Below, in pieces: positions 1 to 11,600 of a stretch of DNA of 64,000 bases. The notes beneath the pieces were generated by a model. That model searched no databases. It was not told the DNA's origin and saw nothing but the letters and a program-made list of their open reading frames with translations. The DNA is from Rhizophagus irregularis (lineage: Eukaryota): contig NC_089435.1 in assembly GCF_026210795.1 (NCBI RefSeq), positions 2,852,001 through 2,916,000 of the forward strand, written 5' to 3'. Made by a program: the position numbers and the translations under genes. Numbering within the stretch: position 1 is the first letter of the stretch; the number at the start of each line of letters is the position of its first letter.

Positions 1-898
1 GATGTCACATTTCGCCTTTCTGATCGGGTACTTGGGTACTCTTTATAAAATATTTACCTGAGTTAAACTCAATAACTATTACATGGTATCAAATACTAAA
101 AGTAACCATGGTAAACGCTGTTTAATCATCATAAAATTCCAAAAAATCTATACTTGAGCCGGGACTGGATCAGGAATGCAACTATTGTTGTATTTTGCGA
201 CAATACTATAATTTTATTGAATTTAACAAAAATAAAAAGACAAAAAAAATTTTATTAGAACGTCAATGGTTGTTTGATACCTTTATAATTCTATAATTTT
301 TTTTTCGATATTATGATCATGTTTTTCGTATTAACTAAATTCGATTTTTTGTTTTAAAACCCAATTATTTTTAAGAGTGTGCATGGGAAGGTTAAAAGAC
401 AGAATATATTGAATTAAGAAAAGCAAATAAAAGTAACGATCATATGTTTCAAAAAATATGTTGATTGTTGCATTTTTGAATTAAATTATAATAATTAAGA
501 CAACAATAATCTTAGAACCTTCAATGTCAACCTCAAAACCATCACTTTTGACATTTATTTATTTTAGAGTGATACATGATGTTGTACCTTCGTTCTGTCA
601 TCATGTTAAAATAAAAAAAAATAAAAATTATTTGCGCAAAAAAATACTACTCTGGACTACAATGAATCAGAGAAATAAATTAACAAACAGGAAGACACTA
701 TACCAAACCCAATGGAAAACTGAAGACAAACTAATTAGTAAGTAAGAAAATCACCTCCAAGAATTGAACTTGGACACAGAAATTGTGGAACCAACGGTGA
801 TGGATAATTGTTGAGTTAATAAGTTATTAAGGAAAGAACTCAACAAAGGAATAAAATAAAGGGTATCACATGTGAAGAATGAAATCACATGAGATAGA

Positions 899-1112
899 TC
901 AAATGATCAAAGAAAGATAAATTTTTACAAGACAAAGGATCTCTCTGACACCAATTAAGGGCGATGCAAACGATCCCCTTGTAAAAATTATCTATCTAAG
1001 AATGGTCAAATGATCAAGAAAGGGTAAATTTTTACAAGACAAAGGATCTCTCTGACACCAATTAAGGGCGATGCAAACGATCCCCTTGTAAAAATTATCT
1101 ATCTAAGAATGG
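899..1112. repeat. Tandem duplication (2 x ~108 bp), each unit a long imperfect hairpin
   Basis: The unit TCAAATGATCAA...AATTTTTACAAGACAAAGGATCTCTCTGACACCAATTAAGGGCGATGCAAACGATCCCCTTGTAAAAATTATCTATCTAAGAATGG starts at 899 and 1006. Stems are ATTTTTACAAG/CTTGTAAAAAT and GGATC/GATCC. Confidence 0.9.
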
Positions 1113-1245
1113 CCAAGTAATCCCAAGTTGACCAAAGGGTAAAGATTATGTCTCCATGCTATATTTGGTAAGCAATGGACCTAGCTACATAATATAAGAT
1201 AATTTTGAAAAATATGTCAATTGAAAATAATGAAAGAAAAGATGA

Positions 1246-1710
1246 CTAAACTACTGTGGGATTAAAAGTAGAATAGTATTTACAAAATAGACTAATTTTA
1301 TAAAGTAAAGAATAAGAAAAAAGAAGAATATAAATTATGCAATTGAGAAAATAAAGTAAATGGAGAAGGATTGATAATAATATAGATAATAAGTAAAGGA
1401 GAATTGATAATGATAGAGAGAATAATAAATGTTCAAAAGAATGTAATACATTGGAAAATGAAAGAAGTGGGGTAAGAAGGAAGATTGTAACAGTACAAGA
1501 GAGTTTTAATGAAAGAAGAATTAGGATAATTATATATTTGATAATATCAGTAGACATGAGTAAAATAATAAAAAGAATGTAAATATATATGGCAAATGAT
1601 GGTAGATATTGGAAGGTTGATTCAGTTGGTTGATAATGGTGGTAGCATTTGTTGAGGGGAATTTCATTGAGAACAGTATTGATAATGTTAGGACACAATT
1701 GATAAGACAT
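1246..1710 (-). CDS. Hypothetical 154-aa hydrophobic (possibly membrane) protein
   Basis: Single-exon ORF with start context AAAAATGTCT and a TATATATA box ~125 bp upstream. The hydrophobicity may only reflect the pyrimidine-rich strand. No family recognised. Confidence 0.3.
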   Translation of the reverse strand: MSYQLCPNIINTVLNEIPLNKCYHHYQPTESTFQYLPSFAIYIYILFIILLMSTDIIKYIIILILLSLKLSCTVTIFLLTPLLSFSNVLHSFEHLLFSLSLSILLYLLSILLSILLHLLYFLNCIIYILLFSYSLLYKISLFCKYYSTFNPTVV

Positions 1711-2199
1711 TTTTGAATTAATTTTAAATTGAAATTTTAAAATTGAATTGAAATTTGGATTTGATATAGAAAATTTGATATAGAAAATTTGGATTTAATA
1801 TTTGTTTGAAACTTGTGTTTGAAAAATATTTGTGTTTGAAAAATATTTGATACAGAAAATTTGGATTTAATATTTGAGAAAATTTAAGGGTATATATACT
1901 TGTAAAAATCTTATGTGACTAATAATAATTTATTATGATTCATAAAAAAAATCAAGATCATGTATGAGTCACATTTATTACATCAATTAATTTATAAGTT
2001 ACTTAATCTAAAACTAGTAATATGAGTTAACTTAATGATGACTAATAATGTATAATTGTGGCTTATAATGCATGATCAATATGATTTACTCCCTTATAGA
2101 TTATTTATTTACATGTTGTTATCTTAACTGAAATAGATGCCACCAGTTTTGTATAAACAAAAATAAAATATAGGGTAAATTAAAAGGTTTTATTACAAA

Positions 2200-3830
2200 A
2201 TATATTTCTGGAATTGTCTGTCAGTACTGCCTTTCTTGGTGCACCTGTAGCGACCAATTTACAACAAAAATACACAGAGAACAATTAGTAAAATATCAGT
2301 CTTTATTAATAAATTATAGGATACTATCTATCTATCATCATGTGAAGCTACTTTTATCATCTATAGATCGGTGAAAACTAGATCTCTAATTGTGACTCAT
2401 CAATTACAATCTATCGCATCGCCTTTACCGTAAAATGTTGATAATCTGGCAATCTGGTCATGATACCAAATGAGGTTAGTTTTACAGAATACAGATTCAA
2501 AAAACAACGCGGGATTTTGTAATTCATGAGAATAGAGAGTATGTATTATATTAATGACAGTAAGGCTATGTATGGCATAAAAAAAGTCTATATCCGGGTA
2601 TAGAAACAAATAATATGTCTATATCTTAATAATTCAACATGACATAAACATTTCTAAATTGTGATTTTGAATGAGTTACCAGCAGCTTCCAACATTATAT
2701 TCGTTGATGTGTAGAAAAATGTGTCTTGCAGCCTTTGAATCTATTTGATCCCGAATATGGAAATTCTGTGTAACTTATATAAGTTGTATAGCTTCAACAT
2801 AATCAACGCCACGTATTTTTCTTCGTAAGAATATTGTATTTCAGGTATGTAAATATAACACAACACATGTTTCCAGGAATCATATATCATATACGAAAAT
2901 TTTGGAAGTACGGTGATTGTGATGACACTTGCATGTTTTTCCGATATCGTGTTTGTAGTTTGCTGTTTACTTCAGTTCTCGCATTACTTAAACCTTGATT
3001 TCCTGGAAAAATCGTGATCGCTGAAATGATTCTTGATGGAATACAAAAGAATTTCGCATTAGTTATAAGGTCAAAGAAATCATTCTCAACATTCAACAGA
3101 AATGTCAGCAATCTTTGGACATACTCTTTTCATATAAATTATCACCTCTCGCCTGATCTGTACATAACATTATTCACAAATATCTGTGTTAGCTTCTTGC
3201 AGCAGCAAGTTTGTCGTTAAGTAGTTTTATCTTACATATGCGAACAAAGAAGATTTTCTGAAGGAATACTAGACGTTTTCTGGAATAAAAACAAATAAGT
3301 GCTTCATGGTCATCCAGCAGAATAAATTGTTGTAGGTCCGTGAAAACTTTGCAATCGTTAAGGTCTACAAACTTTATTTCTTATGAAAGTATCAAAAGGG
3401 ATATGATTTAACCGTAGTGACTAACTTGGAAAGTGGAAGTTTTGAAAATCAGAATATAAATATGTAGCTTTTATTAATTATGGGTACCAAGCACAGAATC
3501 ATGGAGAACATTGAGTTGACTTGCATCTTCATACAAGACCGGGAAAAAATGTCATTCGAGTGAATACTGGGAATGATGTTAACTTCCTCATAAGGTAAGA
3601 TATAGTTCTATGGAAAACTGAGATGCCTAACGAACTGGAGGATGCTATTATAAATCTCATTCTTGCTGAGGCAATAACCTGACAAATTCACAGCAGGAGA
3701 ATTTAATGGATTCTGGGGAGATTTTGGTCGACCTCTTGAAGATTATACTCACATCATTATAGATTCACCTCATTTGGTTTTGAAGTAAGAATTAACAGGA
3801 GTATTGGCGCGTTAAGAATTACAGGATCAA
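2200..3830 (-). mobile_element. Possible highly degenerate non-LTR retrotransposon (ORF2 C-terminal) relic
   Basis: Higher-GC, coding-like sequence with many stops and frameshifts. The minus-strand fragment KIKLLNDKL (~3230) resembles the KIKLL.DELPT motif of fungal LINE ORF2 C-termini. Boundaries approximate. Confidence 0.25.
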
Positions 3831-4332
3831 GGTAGAAGTTTATTCTTTGTGTCTAGGGTCTAGAAGTGTCTAGAAATGCATTTTTTGTATATGATATAAG
3901 CTATATTATAACATTTTTAGAAAAGCATGATGAACAGGTGCCTGATGAAGATAATCAGGTTGATGATGGTAAAGATAATTAGGGCGAAGGACATGTCACG
4001 CTAAACGGAAATAGTTATAAGCATTATCATTGGCGGTTACAGGATAACATGGTTAGGGGTGTTAACCGAACTGCTTTTTGGATGATATTTTAACACCCCT
4101 AATAAAAAATGACCAGGAAACAGGTTCAACTTCGGGCAATTCTTTTTTTCTTCCATTGCTCTCTTAAAAACTCAGTAATCAATTGTTTTGTAGACATAGA
4201 TCCTCTAGAATAGCTGTTCAATGATAGTTATACCATACGGGAAGATATACTAATTTATGAGAAAATTGTTCAAGGAACACGTTTTAATTATTTATGCGAA
4301 GTTTGTATTGTTTCTATCCTTATTCAAGGCTT

Positions 4333-5836
4333 CCCTATAAAAAAATTGGATACGTTTTTTATAAAGTTTTTATACGATTTTTTTTCCTTAGAAATAACGT
4401 ATCATAATAGGATACGGAAAAATGCACAATTCCGTATCACTAAAAATATGGTTTGGATACGGAATTTGCACGGGATTTATATGGAATTTACATGATTTGA
4501 TCACCGATTTTATCACGAAATTTATACGATTTGGTCACTGAATTTACTATTTGTATTACAGTTTACTATAATTGTATTTACATAAATCTAATTTTACTTT
4601 ATTAAATTAAATAAAAAATAAAAAATAAACAAAGTACAAATACATTATGAAAATTCCCTCCTTATTAAACCACCTATTGCAACCAAAATTATCTATAAGT
4701 TCAGGTTCATTTGAAGTCAAACAACCTAAAAGAACAAAAAAAAAGATTGGAAACAAAACCCCCCCTTATATAGTATCTGCAATCGTCCAAGTCACCAAAG
4801 GTCAGCATTCCTACAAAAAAAGAAAGAGAACTCCAGAATGTCTGACCTACATAAAAGAAAAGAATTATGAGGCGTCTATTGAAAAAGAAACCAAAACAAC
4901 AAAATAAATCCAAAACTGACCTACAAAAAAAAGAAGACTCTGAAGCAACAAAACTGAAACAACCTACAAAAAGAAAAGAATCTGAACCCAGCTTACAAAA
5001 AAACAAGAAAATTTGAACTGACCTAAAAAAAGAAAAAAATCCTGAATCATCCTACAAAAAGAAAAGGACTCCCAAACTGATCTACAAAAAAGAAAAAAGA
5101 AACTGAATATTCTCACAAAAAAAAACCTGCTGGCCTATGAAATTAAATATAAATAAAAAAGAAAGGGGAATAAAGAATAAACCAAAAAAAAATACTTTTT
5201 TAAAAAGAGGGGTAATGAAGTTAGGAAAGTTAAAAAAAAATTTTTTTTTAAAGGGAGGACGTCAAAGTTAGAAAAATAAAAAATTTTTTATAAAGAGGAA
5301 ATAGAAATAGAAAGAAGAAATTTTTTTTTAAAAAAAGAAGAGTAGGAATAAAAGAAAAATTTTTTTTTCAAAGGAGAGTGACGGAAAAAAATTTTTTTAA
5401 AGTGAGGTACGAAAAAAAAAATTATTTTTAAAAGGGGGTGACGAAGAAAGAAGAAAAATTTAGAAAAAATAACAAAAATAAGACAAGAGAAAGAGAAAGG
5501 AAAGGAAAGACAGAAAGGAAGATCGGAAGATCAAAATTATCAAAGTAAGGGTTTATAAAAAACGTATCATAACAAAACAATAAACAATCATGTGATCTCG
5601 TGTTATGATACGGGATTTTTGTAAAATTATCTTCTAAAAATATTAAGTTTAAAAATTCCGTATACATTCCGCATGATTAATTTTTTCCGTATACATTTCT
5701 TATACATTAGTTTTTTTAAAAAATGTTCAAAAATGAATTGCTTATTAAATATACGGAATTTGTATACGGAATCTATAGAAACGTACAAAAAATGTGTACA
5801 AAACGTATCCTTTCCGTATACATATTTCTTATAGGG
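4333..5836. mobile_element. Non-autonomous TIR DNA transposon, CCC termini, 3-bp TSD (CMC/EnSpm-like), copy 1
   Basis: Left end CCCTATAAAAAAATTGGATACG; right end reverse-complements to CCCTATAAGAAATATGTATACG. TSD CTT at 4330-4332 and 5837-5839. Subterminal ATACGGA/TCCGTAT repeats. A second copy starts at 22201. Confidence 0.9.
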
Positions 5837-8029
5837 CTTTATTAGCGTAATCTTTTTAACTTCACTTGGTATACATTATCAAAAACTTTAAATTACGTTT
5901 ACTAGATTGAAATTACGTTTATTTAATTGTTAAATTTAATATGGAGCAGAAGTAGAATAATAGAACTCATAATTATTATTTATAATATAAAATGGTAATA
6001 TTTATTTAAAATTCTCTATTAATTGCTAAAGGATTTTGTGATTTATATCGTAAATTTATATGAATGAGATTATAAGATGGAAAATACATTATTTTTTATA
6101 GCACCATAAGAATAATTTAATAGAGAAAACAGCCTAAAAGATTATTTGCTCATATCGAAAATTCGAAAAAGCACATTTTCATGACAAATCGAAGAAAAAC
6201 GAAGAGGTTGAGACAATCGATTAAATTGTGAAACATCAATTCGGTTATTTTTGATTATTTAAATATCACGTGTTAATTAAAATTTGAATAAAAAAAGTTT
6301 TTATAAATAGTATTAAAAATTCAAATTACTTCCTCTAGATCTAAATAAATAAATAAAATAAAAAAATTAAAATTTCAAATTTAAAGTTTTTTTTTTTTAC
6401 ATATTCCTGAACAATAATGAAAAAATAAGAAAACATTTCGTATAAATAAATATTTAAATATTTTATAACGCGATAAGCTCTTATTGACCGAATCCGAATT
6501 AGATGATTTTTTTTTATTTGCATATAACAGATAATAAAAAAAATTCGTGATGTGTCGTTAAAAACTTCTAATTTAAAATAAGTTAACGCCAAAAAAAAAA
6601 GTCATTTCAATTAACATTCCCGCAGGTGAAAGTATGCAAATCTATTTTTAATAGCTTCTTATGACTTAAATATTGTGTCTTCACAAAAACCATGAGACGT
6701 TTTACAAAATAAATGAAATGTAATACAGTGTAAATATTTATCGGTGGTAAGGGAAGTGATATTAGCTAAAATCTTACGTTATACTTAATGAACAATCATG
6801 TGATCTGATATTTTAATTTAATTGGTTACACTATATCTTACATACAGGAAACTTATATTACGTAATAAATGTCAATTGCCCTAAGTGAGTTAATGTGGTA
6901 TGCAATTTCAAATCCCATTCAAGTAGAATAATATGAATTATTAAATAAGGGCCAGTAAGAAGTTTACGTTATTAAAACTAAACCATTAAGGTTAATCACT
7001 TCATATTTTTGTAACTAATTGAACAAATTAAATTATAGAAAATAATAATGCAAATTCAAATTCTTTCAAGAGTCCCCATCAAAAAATTGTTTGATTGCCA
7101 TAGAAACATTATATCATGCACTGATAACAGCGTAATATATTATCAATATTCTCTCACGTAATATTTTACGTCGATAAAATACATATAAATATAATAAATA
7201 TAATAATAAAATAGTAGCAAATTCATTATATTTGGTTTTAATTCTTTGAAAGTTGAACCGTGAAAAATTCTTTTTTTTTGTACAATTAGTTTAAAAAAAA
7301 AAAAAAATTAACTTTTCAAAATTCAGAATTAATTATCCATTTATTTATAGTATCTGTTGTACTGAAATTGCAATTATTTTGGTAAGAAGTATGTACGCGG
7401 AGACAATTATTCTAGATTAGGGAGAATTCTTGATGAGAAACATGTATTACTACACCAAAACAAACCTACATCATTATTAGCTTCAATTTGTTTAATTACC
7501 AACCCATGTTTGGAATTATAATTTAAAGCGATTTAACGGTCATTACCAACGATTATATTACGAAGATTATAAAAATTATATGAAGATTTGGTTTGGTTTT
7601 TTTGTAGAATTCATTATTGTCCGTTTATTTATACCAGCTGCAATATAAATTATTCCAGTAAAAATATATAATCTAAATTAGTGTGAATTCTTGATAAAAA
7701 ACTAGTTTTTTTTTTAATATTATTAATTGTGGAGTTTGTGATATAATTTTAAAACCTAAAACCAGCCAAATTGATCGGCAGAATTAGCTAAACCTTTTTT
7801 TTCGTTTCAGCTGAATTAGCAATTATAGCAACTACAAGCATTTTTGGCTGTCTAACTATCTAAAAGTTAATTATTATATGATTGGCGCGGCTAAACGTCA
7901 AAACCTAAAAAACATATCATCAAGATATTAAAAATTTAATATTTCTAATGTATAATGAATATTTCTATATTATACAATTATCTAATAATTTTTGTCCATT
8001 TGAAAATTTAAATCATAAACGTATACATA

Positions 8030-8971
8030 ACTTTTTCTTGGTAGTTTCAATGCCACAAAAATCTTTACAATACCCATCTGGAAGAATCAAAATAATCTTT
8101 TGTCTCTGGATCTTGGGACATACCATAAACAGATTCGTAATATTTAACCTATTAAATAAAAAATACACATATATATAAATATACCGTATTATATAAAGTA
8201 TTTGAAGTCGCTCCAGAATAATAGTTTGTTTAACGTCGAAATCTGAGGAGATAGGAGGTTTGCAATAAACAAACTAATTAAAATAAACATACCAGTTTTT
8301 GAAATGCATCACCTAGTTTACTAGATTGTAATTGCATTCCTTTAATTAAATCATCAATTTTTTTATTTCCACTAATACAATTTATAAGATTTCCTTTTTT
8401 TAGATAATCTATTTGACATGATCTACACCATTTATAATGAATATTTGTATAGTGTTTGTTACATTTTCACAATTGCTTTAGGATGATGTTGATGATGATG
8501 ATTTCGTATTACCCATAGTTTTTAAAATTATTTTTTGCAAAAATAAGAAAAAAAAAATTTGTAAATTATTATATGGAATCCATTCAATTATTCTTTTCGG
8601 TTGAAATGTTTCCATTTGACATTTTTGTATTAAATCATTAATGTCATTATTTTTAGATGACCAGTTTGAAAAATTTTCTTTAAATAATTCGAACACAAAA
8701 TGTTCACAATATAATGTTGTTAAACATTCATCTTGACAATTTTCACAAATTCTTTTGTTCCTTTATTATCTATAATTTTATGAGTGTCATATGCTTCATT
8801 TAACATTTTTATTATTTCTGATTTTTCATCCTCTGTAATAAGAGATTCGTCAGTAAGAGCAAATTTTTTTTCTAGATTCATATTGTTTATCCAAATCATT
8901 CATAGTGGGATCTAATAATGCAATATGCTATTAAAAGCAGCTCAAACAACATCATCTCGAATATCATTCAT
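8030..8971 (-). pseudogene. Chimeric TKL-kinase pseudogene (two N-terminal fragments)
   Basis: 8971-~8555 matches the N-terminus of the 37897 kinase (EDEKSEII, KGTKRICENCQDECL..LYCE, ENFSNWSSKNNDINDLIQKCQ, IIEWIPYNNL) with stops and shifts. 8516-~8030 is a second fragment (MGNTKSS, SGNKKIDDLI, VYGMSQDPETKDY). Confidence 0.8.
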
Positions 8972-10524
8972 AATATGATTTTTTTAATTTTGTAAAAAAA
9001 ACTCTCGAAATTTTGAAAAAGAGAAAGTTGTGTACAGTTTCGATTTGTTGTGCAAATATATATTGTGCATAAATTCATAAATTTCGAATTTGTGTAATTT
9101 GTACACTTTTACAACCTGTATCACAGAAATAACACATGGTCAACAATAAAATAAAACGCTTGAAATTCATTATAATTACGAAAGATAATAAGAGAGAAGT
9201 TAATCTAAGAAGCAATAAATAATTGAACGAAAAATAATTAGAAGAATTTACTCTAAAATTATACAAATACGGTTTAAATTCAAAGTCAGTTATTATATAA
9301 GATTTAAATTTATTGAAACAAAATGAAAGTTAAGTGCTTTTTGCTAACAAAAAAATTTTTTAAAAAATTTTTATTCCTATTGTCAAGTTTTTAATGAAAT
9401 ATACATTATGTTCTGGATAATAAAAAGGTTTGGAAATGAAAAAAGTTTTTTTTTAACATTAATTATTAAGGTTAATATTTTATGATATAAGTTTTGAAAT
9501 ATTACAGATTCATGATCTAGTATTGTTATTTTAAGAGCTTTAATTTTTTTTTCTACATGTTGCTTATTAAAAGAGTAAAATACTTACTGTACAATGAAAA
9601 TAAAAATGTAAGAATTTTTCATAATAATTTTTTATTCAAAATTTCTTTTATATAAAATGAATAAATAAATGTTATTATATTCCAAAGTTTATCAAAAATA
9701 TGAAATAAAAATTATATTTAGAATCGAAAGTAAATTGTATTTATTTTTTAAATATCATCGCGGAATACAACCTTTTGTTTAAAAATTTAATTTATTTATT
9801 ACATAATTTTATTAACTTACAAAATTAAAGACTATTTCTAATAACTTTTTGTACTAATCTATTAAATATACACGATAGAGTGAGTAATAACTAATTATTT
9901 TAAGGAAATAAAAGAGATAAAATAATAAATCAACAACCCAAAAATAGAAATCAACTCCTTTTTTTAAATATGTACAGTATAACCATGATGATATCTTTTT
10001 GTAACCAAAGAGAATTATTTTCTAGTGTGGGAATTTAAAATCGGAAGTATACCGCACATCATGTGATCATTATGGTCATGTATACACACAAGATATTCAT
10101 ATAAATAGTGCATTCTATAGCTGAGTATAGCATCCAAAATGTTTTAAATAGGTCTTATTTATACAATGAAAACTATTTGGCAAGAACTTATATTTTTGTT
10201 TTCTCATTATTCAATTGTCCATAATAAAATATGATAATTTATGGTCGATGTTTTACCTTTTAATAAATTATAAAAATTTATTGCAGACATAATGAAAAAA
10301 CTCGTGAATTTTAAGGTAATAAAGACAATAATTACATTAACGTCATCAGTAATGCAAAGTACATTATGTAATTCCGTCTCTAATGACGATTGTTATATTC
10401 AAAAAATTACAAAAAGCAGTTTGAAAACCTATTGTATGCTGAATTTTAATGATACCGTATCGCTAACCATTTCCGTATTTTTCTCTACAAAAGTAGACTT
10501 GTAAAAACTCGTTTATTACATTAT

Positions 10525-11600
10525 TATGTTAAAGTCATATCGAAAATTTTATTTGTAACAACTGCACGGGCAGAATTATAAATGATCGGCATTGCGAATA
10601 CCTATATTAAGTAATGCCAACCTTTTAATGCAGAAATTTTTTCGGGTGGCTGTGCCACAAACCTAGGCTCATCTTGTATTTGAACAATCGGAAGCAACTT
10701 CATTAGGTAATATGCAAAATCATTTTACTGTAACATTATAATATTAATTAAATTAATATTAGTTTGTTTTCTATTAAAGAAGATGAAGAAATTTTTTGTA
10801 AAAGAATTCTATGAAATTATCTCGGAGCCTATTAAAATTAAAAGAAAAACAATGTATCACAGTGCAACATGTTGAATTACCCGAGGTGAATGATGAATTG
10901 TCAGTGACACTACGAATAAAGCTTATTAGCTTAAGAGTCATTATTCTGATTGGGCCACTATTTTTCGTAAAGGTAGGAACGTTTATTAGATTATTTTTTT
11001 TTTTTATGTTTAAAATTACGTTTAAATTGACAACACTTGAAATGCATTTAGGTGGTGGTAATGAGAGAGAAAGACTTGTACGCACGCCTGGACTTTTCTT
11101 ACGTGCAAATAATTCCAAATTACATCCCCGTTTCACGGGTAACTGGAATGATAATGTAGGAATTAATACAGTTGGGGACGGACTTTTGTCAAACAAATGG
11201 TACCATATAACTTACAAACTTTCTGATCCTGAAAAGAGAATGGATATCTTCATAAATGGTGTATGGACCACCGAAAATGTTCAAATGCATAGAGTTAAAT
11301 TCAATGATAAGCAATTGGATATTGGGTGGTGTATGATTTTTCATAATAATTTTCATAAATTAAAAATTTTTGTATTAAGTATTAGTCATTTTTATTAAAA
11401 TAGCAATTTTCGTCATTTTAACTGGCGTCTATCTAACGAAGAGGTGATGAAAAATTACCTGGTATGGCTCATTCATACTGTTACATATAATTATTTATTG
11501 TTCATAGTAATTATATTTATATGTATAATATATTTTTAACCGAATATATTTTAATCTTTCAAATTATTTAAATTTAGAACCAACGACCATTCTGTTAAGG
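10525..11600 (+). pseudogene. LamG/concanavalin-A-like domain gene, frameshifted
   Basis: Spliced motifs ELSVTLRIKL..SHYSDWATIFRKG and RTPGLFL...SKLHPRFTGNW..NVGI....DGLL.NKWYHITY..SDPEKRMDIFING. GT-AG intron ~10973-11051. An 8-bp insertion at 10926-10933 breaks the frame. 5' end uncertain. Confidence 0.7.

Noticed and set aside
3941..3960. CTGATGA as a hammerhead ribozyme core
   Set aside because: No correctly placed GAAA or flanking stems I-III.
4647..5667. K-rich and F-rich short ORFs (also 22532-22843 and 23533-23811)
   Set aside because: They lie in the low-complexity interior of the CCC element, and frames are not preserved between the two copies.
6177..6192. TTTCATGACAAATCGA, similar to the palindrome-centre 16-mer
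   Set aside because: Weaker match and no flanking inverted arms visible.
10774..11196. 140-aa minus-strand ORF (also 35121-35333, 43453-43656, 44404-44607 and 61289-61489)
   Set aside because: Antisense shadows of recognisable genes on the other strand.
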